Below are positions 45,385 to 59,624 of a stretch of 64,000 nt of DNA, one piece after another; the stretch's first letter is position 1; every line of letters begins with the position of its first letter. The stretch is taken from the NCBI GenBank assembly GCA_028534125.1, contig CM052818.1:3350001-3414000 (forward strand). The letters run 5' to 3'. The position numbers and the translations under genes are program-made. This DNA is from Lama glama (taxonomy: Eukaryota). The notes under the pieces were generated by a model that did not search any database, was not told the origin of the DNA, and worked only from the letters and a program-made list of their open reading frames with translations.

Positions 45385-47930
45385 AATTCAATAGTTCACT
45401 GATACTTATTGAGCACATATTTTGTGCCAGGTACTGCTCTAGGCATTGAAGAAATAGCAGTAAATCGGTTTCTGCCCTAGTAAATGTATATTTTAGTGTG
45501 CGTATGTTTGTGTGAAGGAGACGAACAACGCACACAGAATGGAATGAAAGTGAAGAGGACAGAATAGAATGCCGAGAGAGTGACAGGGTGGCGGGTGCTG
45601 GCAGCTGGGGAGACTGCTGGTCAGTGAACATCTCTCTGAAGAGATGCTAGGTGAGCAGGGTCCTGAGACAGCTAAGGCATGGACCAGGTAGCTAGCAGGG
45701 TAAGAGTGACTGACAAAGAGAACAGCGAGTACAAAGCTCTGAAGGTAAAAACGTGCGTGGTCTGTCTGAGGAACAGCAGAATGGGCTGTGTGGCTAGGGC
45801 AGTAACTGAGGGGGTCAAAGAAGCTGGAGATGAGTTCAGAGAGTCAGTCCGGGGCCAGAAGATGTAGGGCCTAGGAGTCCATGGTAAGGAAGAGTTTGGC
45901 CTTCTTCTAAGTGTGGTAAGAGGCTAATGGAAAATTTCAGGCAAGGAGGTAACATGGTTTAATTCGTATTTTTAAAAGATGACTTTGGCTGTTGTATGGA
46001 AAACAGAATGTGTAAGAACAAGAGGGAAAATAGCACAATTATGAAGCTACAAAAGTCCAGGCCGGAGAGAAGGGTGGCTGGGACTTGGGTTGTACAGGTA
46101 GATATGCTAAGAATATCTCTGAAAGATATGTATTACAAGGAATTTCTTACGGACACCAGATGTGGAATGAAAGGAAGAAGAATTCTAAGTTTGGAGCTTA
46201 TGCAAGAGATGAACACAAGGGCTATTTACGGGCTGGAGAATACTTGGACAGGAAGAGTTTGGGAACGAAAATCGAAAGAGTTCAGCTAGGACCTTCAGAT
46301 ACGAAATGCTATTAGGGTTCTAATAAAGACGTCAAGTGAGCAGCCAGAGACAGGCATCAGGGCTCAGTGTGCAGTCACAGGACAGGCTGAGAGCACTGAG
46401 GTGTGAGCACAGACAGCACAGACAGGGAAGAGGGCCCAGTACTGAACCTCCAGTCACAACAACATGTGTTGAGAAGAGAGGAGAAGGATCCAGCCAACAC
46501 TTAGAAGGAGCAGCCAGTGGAGGAGGAAAAAACCAGCACAGTATGCTCTCCTGGAAGCCAAATGGAGAAAATCTCCTAGGAGGAGTAAGTGAACAGGTGG
46601 GTCATGCTGCCAAGAGCTTTCAGAAGACTAAAAGCTACTTGATTTGGTAATGTAGGAATCACTGGGGACGGCATGGCACTGTCACTTGAGTTCACTGGTT
46701 GTAAATGAATTGAAGTGGATACAAGAAACTTTTCTCAATGAGCTTTGCTTAAAACAGGTGCAGAGAAATGGAGTGGAAGCTACAGGGGACCGTGGGGTCA
46801 GGGTACGGTTTAAGATGGGTGATGCTCTGGCATTTATATGCTAAATGAGAATGGTACAGAAAAGAGAAACTGACAGTGCAGGAGAGGGAGGTGATGACTG
46901 TAGGAGCAAACCTCTGAACAGTGAGAAGGGAGGGAGTCCACCACCAGAGGAGGGGACGGACGAGGAAAGCCGCAGACAGCTCCCCCAGCCTAAGGAGAGG
47001 GAAAGCACGGCGCACGGCGCACAGCTGGAGAGGCAGGCGGACGGGGAGCAGCACTGGTGGCAGGATGTACAGAGTCCCTTCCTTTTGCTTTCATTTTGTG
47101 AAAGAAGCAAGGCCACTGGACAAGAATAAGGGTGGTGGCACTGCCCCTCTGAGACGGCATGAGAGTTACTCCGAGAGTGGGAGGAGAAACTCACAGGAGA
47201 AAGGTAGGAGGACCACCACGCAGCAGCCAAGAGCTGCCTGAGGTTTACAGTTACAGACACTCAAGTGAAACCTTCGGGAGGATGTAAGGTGTTCCTTAGT
47301 CACATTCATTTGTACAGAAGCAGGCAGGGAGCACACAGAAAGGTGGAATCTAATAAGAACTGGGGTTCAGCCAGGTGGATGTGACAGAGTGAAAAAGAGA
47401 AGTTTAAAGTATGAGCCAGGGACCAATCTTAAGATGGAACATAAAGCATCAGTTAAGTAAAGAAAGAAGCAGGGATGTGGCGAGAGGGTGATGGGGACAA
47501 GACAGTAAGAACAATGTACTGTACGTTCCAGTGGGGGTTAAAAGTTGTGTGTGCGGGGGTCCAGGCACCAGAGGGAGAGCGCTGGAAAGATAACAGGAGG
47601 TAGAGTCTGCAAATGGCTGCTTGAAATGGAGATTTTGAAGGGGTATCTTAATCAGTAATACAAAAACTGAGGCTACAATCACAGGAAATGGGGACCTGAG
47701 GCGGGGTGGAGCACAAGACCACTGAGGGAAGGTAGGTCAGGGAACAGGTACTAAAAATCACCAAGAGCGATGAGGCAAGAACCGACGAGGCAAGCCAGCG
47801 AGCCCCGTGCATGGTGGCCGCAGTAGGAGCGGCGAGTGGTGCTGCAGAAGCACGTGCTTCAAAGGCGCTGTGACTCAGCCAGGGGTGAGGGTGGAACGGG
47901 GTCTGGAAGCAGCACCGAGGACTGAGGAAT
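45385..47930 (-). mobile_element. Long L2 element
   Basis: Reverse L2 3' end (tacttattgagcacatattttgtgccaggtactgctctagg) and a ~2.5 kb purine-rich L2-like body. Confidence 0.75.
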
Positions 47931-48642
47931 AAAGGAGATACGATCCCCTTTCCACACTCTGAACAGTTATCACAACTCTTAACGCAAACAAAATAATCTT
48001 TTTAAAATTACAGTAAAATAAGGAAAAATGGAAGAAAAATAACCAAAACGGTTATCTAAATGAGGCTCAATTCCTTTTTTAAGATGAAAATTATAATTAA
48101 GTTAGGGTGGAGTTTTAAAAAAAATGTAGTTCATGTCTCTTTAGTAAAATCAATGAGTTAGAATCAGCTGTTTTGAAAAATTAAGTAGAAATAAATCTTA
48201 GGACACAGCAGCTGTGAGCATTGTTCTATGACACTTTTGTTTCATTTCTATGCGTTTATACTGGGTGGTCATGAAAAACCTAATTCTTCATGTGGGTAGC
48301 AGTCAAAGGGTTTGAATGCCTCTGACCTAGGGTAACTGTAAAACAGAAAAACTCACTCCAAAGACTATGGAACAGCTCCCATTTGACTTCTTTATCTTAA
48401 TTGCTGGATTGCTGAGGGATCCGCTTCTCATATCCCTTATCTACACCCAAAATCTTCAACAGTCTCAGGCAAGACTGAATCACCACTGAGCACGCAGCTC
48501 CTTGCCCAGGAGATCATGTTACAGAAACTACACCCAAAAAGCTCTTCTGAGGTATGACATGTATCGTGGTTATTACTGTGTATTTTGCATGAATAGTGTA
48601 ACAATTAGTGTAAGAATATGAAGAGTCACAGCGCATACTTAC

Positions 48643-48718
48643 TTCACCATCTTTGGCAAGCTTTCTACCACACCTCATGCTATTTCCCTCCAGTTCTTCT
48701 TTATTGATTTCTTGAGGC
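48643..48718 (-). CDS. GMCL1: GMCL1 exon 11 (76 nt; GPQEINKEELEGNSMRCGRKLAKDGE)
   Basis: TTCTAG acceptor, GAA|GTAAGT donor, conserved RCGR motif. Confidence 0.97.
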
Positions 48719-49309
48719 CTAGAAATACACGTTAAGACATGAAATCTCATAGAAAACAGACAACTGAAAATTGAAAAATAATTGTCATTTAAAAGGAAAA
48801 ACTTGCTACTGGATTTAAAAATAAAATTTTGTGGTACAGATGAAAATCAAATTCAGTGATTAAATCTCACCCATTACCTTCGCTAAATAAAAAAAATGTA
48901 AATCTTTAATGCTTCACTTATTGCCCTGACTTCCAGAATACTTTCATTAGGGCTCAGTAACACCAGAGAAGAGAAAAAAAATCTGTAAGAAATTCTGCTT
49001 ACTAAGAAAATAAAACACTTAAAGTCTAACAACTAAGTAAAATAAATTAAAATCTATTATTTAAGATCAGCTACCATTTGATATTACTGTTTCACATAAT
49101 GAGCCATTTTTTAGGTAGTACAACCAAACTGAGTATTTAATAGAAAACAGCTGTAGAATTTTATCAATTAATCTTTACTTGGCCCCTTACTTTAAAAACC
49201 TTAATCAATTAAAAGAAACTTTGTTATTTCAAGATGTAATAATATAATGACATTATTATTAGCTTAGAATTCCAAATGGTAAAAGCAATATAATATATTC
49301 ATTCATATA

Positions 49310-50260
49310 AAGCATTTTTTAAGTACCTAGATTCTGGGGCCATCATCATCATCATCATCAGATAAATATATTAAATTGAAATAAAACTACTAAGACGTGT
49401 CTTTGACATCCAAGAGCTCAATCTACTAGGGAAACAGACATAAGTAATGATATAATAATACGGAGAGAATTGACGTTAAGAGCATGAAGAAGGCACAGAT
49501 TCACTGCCTGGGGTTTGAGTGGGGATCATCACAGAGGAAGTATTATCTGTGCCTGAGAGGGAGTTTGTTGGGGTTAGAGCTCAGGGTGAACTCTGTGCAG
49601 AGGAAGGACATTCCAGGTAGAAGGAACAGCAGGTAAAAAGGGCCTGAAGCATGAAGGGAAAGCAAATGTATGAAGAATCCGGTGCAGCTAGAGCCTAAAA
49701 TGAGCCTGAGAGGAGATGAAGAGAAGCATTTGGGAGAGACTGTTGAAGGCCCCACAGGCCACATTAGTAGGAGCTTGAACTCGTCCTACAGACGACAGAG
49801 AATTTCCAGGTGTTTGTTCTGTTACTTTAACATTTTTTCTTAGGAAACATTTCAACCATGTAAAAGTAAAGAAAATACTATAATGAGCCAAATTTTCTCA
49901 CCGTCCAGATTCAATAATCTTGGTTTAGTTTTACTCCCACCCCACATTGCCCCATATTCCTCCCAACTGATTATTTTGAGGTTGACCCTCCAGACATCAC
50001 ACCCTTTAATCTATAAATACTTCAGCACGTATTTCTTAAAGATAAGGACTTAAAAAACATTAACACAATCTACGTCACACAAAAAGCAATAATCCCTAAC
50101 TATCTACCAAATGTCCCTGGACATATTTAGGCAGGGAAGTGAACGCACAGTTCTAGCTAGGAAGACAATCCTGTTGGCAACGTGGAAGAGTTTAGAAGAG
50201 GGAAGCCCTGGAGGGAGACTTTACTAGATTATTACCTAGAATCCAGGGAGTGCCTTGCAG
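49310..50260 (-). mobile_element. L2 fragment interrupted by a reverse L1 3' piece (~49820-50120)
   Basis: L2-like purine-rich motifs around aaacatttcaaccatgtaaaagtaaagaaaatactataatgagc. Confidence 0.55.
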
Positions 50261-50974
50261 GAGTGAGTGGATGCGTAGCATCTGTGGACTAGAGTGTGTC
50301 ATTAGGAGCCAGACACTCATATACTTCTGAGGGAAAGAAAACTACCAATTCTAGCTCAGTCTCTTAGGTGAGGCCCTACATTAAACTCAAAAAGGATATA
50401 GATGAAAAAAATCTTGAAAAATAAATCACATTCAACATTTAAAAACTGAATATATACAAAGGAAGTAGGATGATTTATAAAATATGTTATACATCAATCA
50501 CAAAATGCTTCAAATCTGAATTCCATTAAATAACTCTTATTTTGGGGGGAGAGGTTATTATTTTTATTTCAACAACCTTACTGTTTTTGTGCAAGGTAAG
50601 TATGCTGTGAATACATCTGGGAAAAGGTGGGATATAAATTACAAATAAAGTAGAAGCTAAGAACGCTTGATAATAATCTTGTGATCATTATCATGAGTTT
50701 ATAGAACCCTTTCATACACTTACTGTTTAAACATAAACACAACTAGACTATTATTTCAGAAAGTTCTCTGGTGTATAAAAATAAATTAAAAGGGGTCAGG
50801 GGCAGAAAAAAATCAAATGTAAAGCCTTTCTATATACTCACAGGTGGATTCACACTGCCTTCACACTGCCTATACCAAGGAGCCAGTATAAACACCAAAT
50901 AATATGTGTGGAAGTACTTCTGTGTATATATGTATGTATGATTATATATACATACATATACACATACACACACA

Positions 50975-51410
50975 CAATGGACTATTTCTCAGCCATCAAA
51001 AGTATGAAACAATGCCATTTGCAGCACCATGGATGGACCTAGAGATTATCATATGAAGTGAAGTAAGTCAGACAAAGAAATAAGATGTCACTTGTATGTG
51101 AAATCTAAAAAATAACACAAATGAATCTACATACAGAACAGAAACAATCAAAGATGAGAAAACAAACTTATGGCTACCAAAAGGGAAGAAAGGGAGGAAC
51201 AGATTAAGAGTATGGGATTAACAGATACAAACTACTGTACATAAAATAATAAAGCAACAAGGATCTACTGTATAGCACAGGGAACTATATTCAGTATCTT
51301 GTAATAACCTATAATGGAAACCGATCTGAAAAAAATATATCTATAACTGAACCACTTTGCTGTATACCTGAAACTAACACAATATTATAAGTCAACTGTA
51401 TTTCAATAAA
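50975..51410 (+). mobile_element. L1 3' end (artiodactyl-type)
   Basis: caatggactatttctcagccat...tggatggacctagagattatcat...tatagcacagggaactatattcag...tttcaataaaa. Confidence 0.88.
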
Positions 51411-51467
51411 ACTTTTTTAAACTTTTTTATTTTTTAAATGAACAATGGTATGATGTAACATACTTAC

Positions 51468-51537
51468 CCCACCTCACTGTCCTGTTCTGCCCGGAGCATA
51501 GCAAGCCACTGCTGTTTATACACAGAAGACAGCCATT
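51468..51537 (-). CDS. GMCL1: GMCL1 exon 10 (70 nt; EWLSSVYKQQWLAMLRAEQDSEVG)
   Basis: TTTTAG acceptor, GGG|GTAAGT donor. Confidence 0.97.
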
Positions 51538-54199
51538 CTAAAATGTAAACATAAATACAATAATAAGAATAATAATAAACACGAAAAAATAAAAAGGATT
51601 TAAAAATTTTAAGTAGTTGGTAAAATTGTTACCATTTTAAAACTCAAGTTTAAAACAGCAATAACTGAACTGGTAATTTATGTTTTGCAATATGTTATAC
51701 CAACGTGGCTGAATGATTTTTAAAGTGGTAAATGTTATTTTGCTTTGCCTTAAGACAGACTCTACTTAGATTACATACATTTAAATCTCTAGTTAAAAGT
51801 ATATTCTTGTATTTAATAGTTTCCTTTTCATAGCTAATTTTCATTTGGGAGAAACATATCTAAAGCAATATTTTTGTTTTTACAAGTTTTAATAGAAAAC
51901 TAAAGAATGAATTGTTCCTTTATTAAATTATCTATAAACAACTAATTAATGAGAAATGAACCATCTCTAAATTATTAGATGAATCATGCACACCCAAAAA
52001 ATAATTCTGACATATTAGATTTAGATAGCCATTTTAATTTAAATTATTCTAAATGGAATATAATAATATAGATATCTTCCCCCAATAATAAACAATTTTT
52101 TTGTACAAAATGATATTGTGTAAGCTGAAATTTTAATTATTTTATACAAAAATATATTTATTAAAAACATAAGTAGATTTGGCTTAGCATCATATTTATT
52201 TTTCTGCTCTTATTTAGTTTTTTAAACTTTTAAGTTAAATGATTTCTCTCTCTCTACTGAAAGGAAGGGTTTCAAAAACCTTAGTGCAATTAGAATCTGG
52301 ATTTTTCACTTTTCAAGTCTTTGCCTGATTAGAAGTATCCAGATGACTTGCACTGATTTCTTGGTGTCATTCCTTAAAATTCTCTATAAATACACTTTTG
52401 AATGTTTCTTTTTCCCCAAATAATATTGTTGCTATTATAAGGAATAACTGCTAAATATATAGGCCATAGACAAGTCATCTTCAGTTGGTAAAGACTAGTA
52501 GCTAGTGTGACTCAGTATACCTACACACATATTGTGTTATTTTACTTGCAATGTGTTTGGATTTTTAAATTGTTTTATCATATTTTATTAAAAAAAAAAG
52601 CTAATGACTTCCCATTAAAATGATTTCTCAATCCGCTACTGCCTGCAGTTTGAAATTTGCTGATCTTGACACACAATATGGCTTTTAAATGATTCATTTA
52701 TAAAAACGGAATGAAAGTGTTACACATTCATATTCTTAAGTATTATGTAAGCTGTATCCAATGAAAATGTTTTAAAAATTTGTTTCAACAGTTTTGATAA
52801 TCTCCTTTAAAGCCAAAAGCATTTTTAACAAGTTAAAAACATGGGTATACAATTTTGTTCATCCTTTCTTGCCTTAATCAAAAGAGTAAAAAGCCAAACT
52901 AGAAACCCTTCTCATCACTGGTAGTTCACCCAGCAGCAGCAGCACAAAAATAAGTCAGTTGAACACTAGTTCAAATTCAGTGTTGACAGTTGATACACAG
53001 AGGGAAATCCTTGATAAAATATAAGTGAAACAAGTCCTTCTATACAGAGTTTTAACATGACTATATGCAGACATATCTCCAAAAGGCAGATGCACTAGGC
53101 AGAGTCTGCCAGGATCGTTTTTGGTAGAGTGAGTGTTCAGTGGAAAGATTCTGGAAAAGTGCCTTCAAGAAACTTCCACTCAGTGAAAACAAGTTTAAAT
53201 ACTTATTTTAAATTTTATCAGACCAAAGTCCAAAATAAAAAGTCAAAGGGGCACATAAAGGTGGCATTTGACAGTGCCATGTATCAGCAGCTGCAGATCT
53301 AATCTCAGCAGTTTTGAATGTGAATGCGGTATTTTTCCAGTAGAATAAATGAGGTAAGTCAGAATGAATTTACTTAGATTATTCTCTTGTCTTACACAAA
53401 GAACATGGGGAAGGGCACCTCCAAAAGCATGCTATTTGAAAAATGTCTGAGATTCACAAAACTTTAAAAAACAAACAGAAAGATAACTTGCTCAGTATTT
53501 TACTGTTTAAACGAAAGAAAAAGTGTATATGCAGATATATACACATACAAAAATCTACTCACAACTGGTAAAGCTTATAGTAAAAAAGAGCCTACCGGTT
53601 AACTGCTACATGAAACATGTAAGTCAGATGTAGATACTGAAGGTGAAGGACAAAGAGTCAACATAATAAAAAAATTCCTAGATGGATAAATAAAATATTT
53701 TGCACAGAGCATCTAGGTATAAAATATTAATAGAAAATCGTGGAAGTTTGGCTAAAAGAGACTCATGTATAGTAACATAAATCTAGTTCCAAAAGATGAA
53801 AAATTTACTGTACTGAGTAATCCAAAGCTATTTTCTGAATAAAACTAATTACATAGATTTAAACACTTTTTCATTTTAAGTAACTTTTTTTCATAAAACT
53901 CATACTGTTTTAACAGTTATCATCTCTATTTACCTTACAAAAATATCAAGCATTAAGTTTTCCCATTATTCCCACAACAGTAATTCCTTATACAAAAAGT
54001 TACAAGAATAGCCATTTTCTTGCCCATAATGCAAAATAAGAGGGAAAAAAAAATCTACTTCATTACTTTGTTATCAAGAGCTAAAAAATTTAGCATACTC
54101 AAAAGAATGGTGATTCGGTTACTGCTTAAGTTTCTACAACTGGACATATAAACTTAAAGAGATTAGACACAGTAGAATTTTTTTCAGTAACCAGTAAGA

Positions 54200-56500
54200 T
54201 GTGGTGAAAAAAAATAAGGGCTCTAGAATAAGAAAGACTTGAGATTACATTTGAGCTCTGCTTCTCACTAGCTGCGTGACAGGATAGTTATACTTCACTT
54301 CATCTATAAAATGGGGACAACTGCCTTGATAAATTTCAAAGATTATCTTACTTAATAGGTGTTAAGTGCATAATCTGGTGTATTACCTGCGACACTGTGA
54401 AGACTCTACACACATTTGTTTACTTTTCCTCCTCTCCTTTAAAGTTCTTAGGATAGGTGCTAGAATCTAAACTTACCTGATGGAGTAAACACAGTATTAG
54501 GCCATAAGTAAGTGAGTATGTTTTAGAAAACAAGTTTAGTTCACACCAACTGAGTGCCTACCTGTCAATCACTGTACTATGTCCCAGAGAGAAAAAGATG
54601 AACAACATATGGCCCTCATAGTCCAGCCAGGACACAGATATATTTTGTACTACAGTAATCTAGCAAGAGATGATGATGACATCTTAAACAAGGGAGTGCT
54701 AGTAGGCAAAAAAAAGGTGAGTCTGAGAATTATCTATGAAAAAAATCTACAGGACATGGTGAATGGATGTGGAGGAAGAGTCTGAGGAGGACAGGATGAC
54801 CTCCAGGATTTTGCTATTTTTGTGAGGCTGGGTGGGTTACTAGTGATGTTGACACAGGGAACAGGGGAAGAAAAAATGTAGGGACTGGGGCTGGAGGGCA
54901 AAGTTATAAGTACTGTTTTGAATAGATGAACTAAAGCAAGTTATAGGTGGCTAGACAGCAGTTGGACATCCAAGTATGAAACTCAGGGGACAGGGCAGAA
55001 TTGGAATCTTTCAGTAAGTCATATGAATGAAGGAAGTCACTCTGGGACACTATACAGAATGAAAAGATCAGTTGGCCAAGGGCACCCTTAGGAAGTTAAA
55101 ACGTGGGCAGAGTAAGAGAAGCTTACAAAAGCAAAAGAGGAGGAATGGTCAGAGAGAGAGGAAAAGAAGCAGGAGAGTATAGTAGTTGTAAACTAAAGCA
55201 GTACTGTGGAGAATTTCAAGAAAAAACTAACATGACATAAAATGCTAGAGAAGTTAAAATAAGACTAACAAGAGGTCACTAAATTTTACAAACAGGACAA
55301 TCCTATCTTCTGCTAGAAAGTTTCAGTGGAACAGTGGGGACAAAAGATAGACTGCGGTGGGTTGAGAAATGCCTGAAAGGTGAGGCGGTGGAGACAGCAA
55401 CTGCAGACTGCTCTGAAGAAGGTGACTGTGAGGGAGAGGAGTGGTTACTACGAAGGGGACTCAGGGTCAAGGCAGGGGGAGGTTTGTTTTGTTTTTTAAT
55501 AAGAGATTTGACTGTATTTACAAGCTGAGGGAGAACAGGTGGGGAAAGGTTGAAGGTCCAGATTATTAAATGACAGCTTAAAATTCCAGAACAGGAAGTG
55601 ATAGGATTATGAACACAGCAGAAGGTTGGCTTGAATAGGAAGGGAGCACCCCAGCTTCTGGGGATGGGTCAGGAAGGACAGCGGAAGAAGACTAGGAATC
55701 TGAACAAATTTTTGCCTGATTACCTAAAATTTATATAAAAAAAGGAGAGTTCCCATACTGACAGTGGAGTGATTGGAGAGGAAGCTTGAACAGGGTGGCA
55801 GAGGTCTGATACGTAATTGCTAAAGCAGATGAAAGAGGAGTGACCAAGTGAAGGAGCATAAAGAGTCCCAAGGTCCAAGCTTAGCACTGAAATATGCTTG
55901 TAGAGGCATCATTACAAAAGTTACAGGATGCTCTGGAGCAGTGCTCAGTACAGAGCGGAAGCTATAGGAACAAAGAAGGTTTACTTAAGTTTTAGAATTT
56001 TGTCAAGTAGGAAGACAAAGGCAATCGTGAGAGAGAGTGGTTCAGATGATCTACCGTGAAATCCGGGCTGGAAAGGAAGAAAAGGCAGGGAGGTCTGAAA
56101 GACTGGCAGAAACTGGAGGGCTTAAAATGGACTGGACATCAAACAACAGTGTAAAAGGAATGAGTCTATGAACATGTTAGAAGTTCACAGAGCCTGAAAA
56201 CTACTGGAATTCTGATGCTGAAAAATTCTGGGTTACAATAAGATTCACAGGTGGCAAGTGGTTAATGATCAGCAAACAAATGTGTTATAGGAGTTGAGGT
56301 CAAATTACTAGGGGGCTAGGGTATTAAATGGAATGATAACATGGACACATTATGTTACTGAACGGGGGTGGAGATGCAGACAGGAATCAAGTGTCCAAGT
56401 CTTAAATAAATGTAGAAGAATGACTAGGGGTTAGAAGAGAAAGACTAGAGGGTGAGGTGGATCATATGCAATAATGATTTGGAAAGGGCATTGAGGGGTT
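54200..56500. mobile_element. MIR (~54200-54420, +) followed by long degraded L2 (~54530-56500, -)
   Basis: MIR core catctataaaatgggga, then an L2-like purine-rich stretch. Confidence 0.6.
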
Positions 56501-56554
56501 GGAACCATGACTACTTGGCCTGCCAACCCTCTGTCAGCAAGGTGTCTTAAGAGA

Positions 56555-56690
56555 CAGAAAGAATATGAAAATAAATATATGTACGTATATGTATGAATGA
56601 AACATGCTGTACACCAGAAACTGACACAGCATTGTACATTGACTATACTTCAATAAAAAAGAAATTTAAAAAAAACTAGAATAAGAAAAA
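56555..56690 (+). mobile_element. Short young-type L1 3' end
   Basis: aaagaatatgaaaat...tgctgtacaccagaaactgacacagcattgt...gactatacttcaataaaaaa. Confidence 0.8.
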
Positions 56691-57068
56691 AAATCCCAGA
56701 AAATAGCAAATTTAAGGAGTGTTAACAGAAAAAGCAGTTATGACCTTTAAATAATACTTCCAAAGTCTTTTTAAAAAGTCTGGTCCAAAATAATGTACTA
56801 GTTAATCAAATTAAAGAACAATCACATTGTAGAATACTATACATTTAAATGTTCTGAAAAGTATTTAATGATATGGGAAAATACTCACAATATATAATGT
56901 GAACACAGAAAATTATCTATATGGTATGATTCTGCTTTGGTATAAAAATGTATACCTTATTGGAATTAAGGACAATTTCTATTTTCTTCATTATTCTTTT
57001 CTATGATATATATTACTATTATAATTGGAAAGATAATGCTTAAAATCATAATTTCATCATATTCTTAC

Positions 57069-57206
57069 CTGAAGGTACTAGAGAATCTTGTTCAATAATT
57101 CTTGCGGAGGCCAAATCACTGATAATATACTGTAACCGTAAATGTCTGAATACTGACATAAATGGTTTTCCTTGCTCAGTTTCAAGGAAGGCCATACCTT
57201 CACAAT
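57069..57206 (-). CDS. GMCL1: GMCL1 exon 9 (138 nt; DCEGMAFLETEQGKPFMSVFRHLRLQYIISDLASARIIEQDSLVPS)
   Basis: T-run AACAG acceptor, CAG|GTAAGA donor. Confidence 0.97.
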
Positions 57207-58487
57207 CTGTTAAAAAAAAAAAAAGTCAAAACCCCACCCCCAAAACACCAGCTTAAATTGAATAGCCGTTCTTTTCAAATCAATTAATTTATTTATTCCT
57301 AAATGTTTTTAATGGGCAGGGACACACACACACACGCACGTCTATTAGAATACAAATAAGCTAATTTCAAAATTTTCAAGGATTTTATAAACTTCATGTA
57401 TGTAGATAAAAAACTTGGGGGGCTTAGAGATAAAGCCCCAGGATATTAACTTTGGTCCTAATTAGACCCTTAGGCTGGGAATTCAACTGAAACCTTTCTG
57501 GGGTTTGGAGCTGACAGAACACAAGGTGAGAAAGGAAGGCCTGAGAATGGTGGTTAGGGTATCTCTCCAGAATCCCTTTTCCCCAGGACTGAACAGTCCA
57601 GTGGAACTCTTGAGTCCAAATGCCTCACTCAAGGGTCTTCATAAGAATCACAGGACATGGACCATCTCTTGGGATTCTTCTAATTTATGCTTTAGTTACA
57701 TGGGATGAACACTACTCAATACATTCATTCTCTATTAAAATACAAAATAAGATACAAAGACAGTGTAGCTATGGATTTGTAACACATGGGTAGTATTTAT
57801 TGTTAAAATAATCTGTTTATGAAGAATATGAATATTTTTTCTTTTATAGAGAATTCAAGGCTATTTCTAAAAAACAGTTACTCTCAGTTGCACTCCAAGG
57901 TGCTTTCACGAGCGGGAAGGAAAGGTCTGGAGTTTCTGCTATCACGCAGGGACCTGTACATAAGCCCTAGCCTGCTTTCTGATACAAAGTATACCCATGG
58001 GAGTGGACTCAGCCCTGTTGCTGTTACGGATAGCAAATAAAAGTTGAGAGTTAAGACTGCAGACTGTCTCAAACTACGTTCCATATGGAATACAGGTTTG
58101 CTGTAAACCAGAAAGGTGTTGCCCACTAAAGTAATTTTTTCTCAAAATTGCAAAAAGACAAGTTAATCTGAAGAATTTTCACATTTTTCAAGTTTTTATC
58201 CCATGTATTTTTTCTATTCCTTTGACACCTGCCTAGAGTCAAAGCAAACGAAAGCAGTGAGCTCATTAAAAAGATTAATAGTTAACTTTGCTTATCTACA
58301 TAATAGCCATGTAACTGTGGATTTTATGTCATCTTTTTAAAAAAAAAATAACATTAGCTCTAGTTCATATGTGGAATTAAATGTGTAAGTATCATGGGTT
58401 GTATTGAGAATACCACAATGCACTTACACGTACTGATTCAATCACATAAGCAAGTTATAAAAATCTAATTCTAGATTGTCTCATAGA

Positions 58488-58625
58488 GAGGGGAGGGTAG
58501 AGCTCACTGGCTAAGAATGTGTGCTTAGCATGCATGAGGTCCTGGGCTCAATCCCCATTACCTCCATTAAAAATAAACAAACAAACCAAACTAATTACCT
58601 TCCCCCCACCCCAACACATAGAAAC
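58488..58625 (+). mobile_element. tRNA-derived SINE (Vic-1-like) with TSD
   Basis: A/B boxes. TSD ctagattgtctcataga (58471-58487) / ctagactgtctcacaga (58626-58642). Confidence 0.88.
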
Positions 58626-59624
58626 CTAGACTGTCTCACAGAAATCTGGAAATTATCCCATGAAGCCTCTTCTTTAAGGGCATACAAGATATTGCCTCAT
58701 TTACTTTTGTAAGAATTTATAGAACTACAAAAATATGTTTCAAGGATTCTAGCTGACCAAATGTGGCCACACTAATGGCACCAGCCAAATTCAGTAGCAA
58801 TCCATACATACAACTGTGCAGAAAAATTTCTAAATTTCTATTGTTCTCGTAGTCCCAACCCATATATATCTGAACAGTCAAATAATTGAGGAGACCTAAG
58901 AGAAATATATTAGGGGACCATGAGTGATTTTTTTGGTTTTACTTCCTGAGCATTCATTACTTTTATAATTTAAAAACTGTTTGAAATAAACTTATAAAGT
59001 CCTCACTGAAAAACAAGGGCATTAGACATATTGCCTTGTGCAAGAAAGGTTTCCCTGAAATGTTATCTTAAACTGTGTACTTTTACATCACTGAGGCTGG
59101 GATGGAGCTTGTGGTGGGAAAATTAGGAGACCACAGCTTCCTATTCTAGTTTCTGCCACTCAGGGTACAGAGTAACTTCTCTCCTGATGGACTGCTGTGG
59201 TTAATCCAGCTGGAGTTCAAATGAACCTAAATTTATGTCAACATTTACCTAACACCTGCTAGTTCCATTGAGTCCCTTTGTCTTTTTAGCTTCTCCACCT
59301 TCCTTGTCTTTTTCAGTTTTTAATCTGTTTTTTTAACTTAAATTTTCTCATCTACTTTTTTTCCTTAATTACTTCTCAAATCCTTATTAAATTGCCATAA
59401 TGTGGCCCTAAAGTATAATTTAAGACAGAAGTTTAGCATTTTGTTCTTCAAGTAAATCAAGTTGAGATTTTACTGATTTTACACATTTTTGGTTCATGAG
59501 CTTGAAGGAAAAAAATTAGCTAGGAAATCCTACTACATAAAATAATTCTACAAAATTTATTTAACAAGACAAAAGTGCACTTAACTTTAAAATTCAGAAC
59601 TTCTATTCATCAAAAGATATCTTT

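Noticed and set aside
45996..47682. Cluster of 76-139 aa ORFs
   Set aside because: They lie in a decayed L2 with purine/pyrimidine strand bias and show no recognisable domain.
53341..53353. Plus-strand micro-exon-like pattern atttttccag|tagaataaatgag|gtaagt
   Set aside because: Antisense to GMCL1, with no plus-strand promoter or partner exons identified.
59249..59407. Possible 159-nt stop-containing exon in GMCL1 intron 8 (TTTAG|...TAG|GTAAAT)
   Set aside because: Interrupted pyrimidine tract, moderate donor and A-rich body. Compatible with chance in AT-rich intron sequence.
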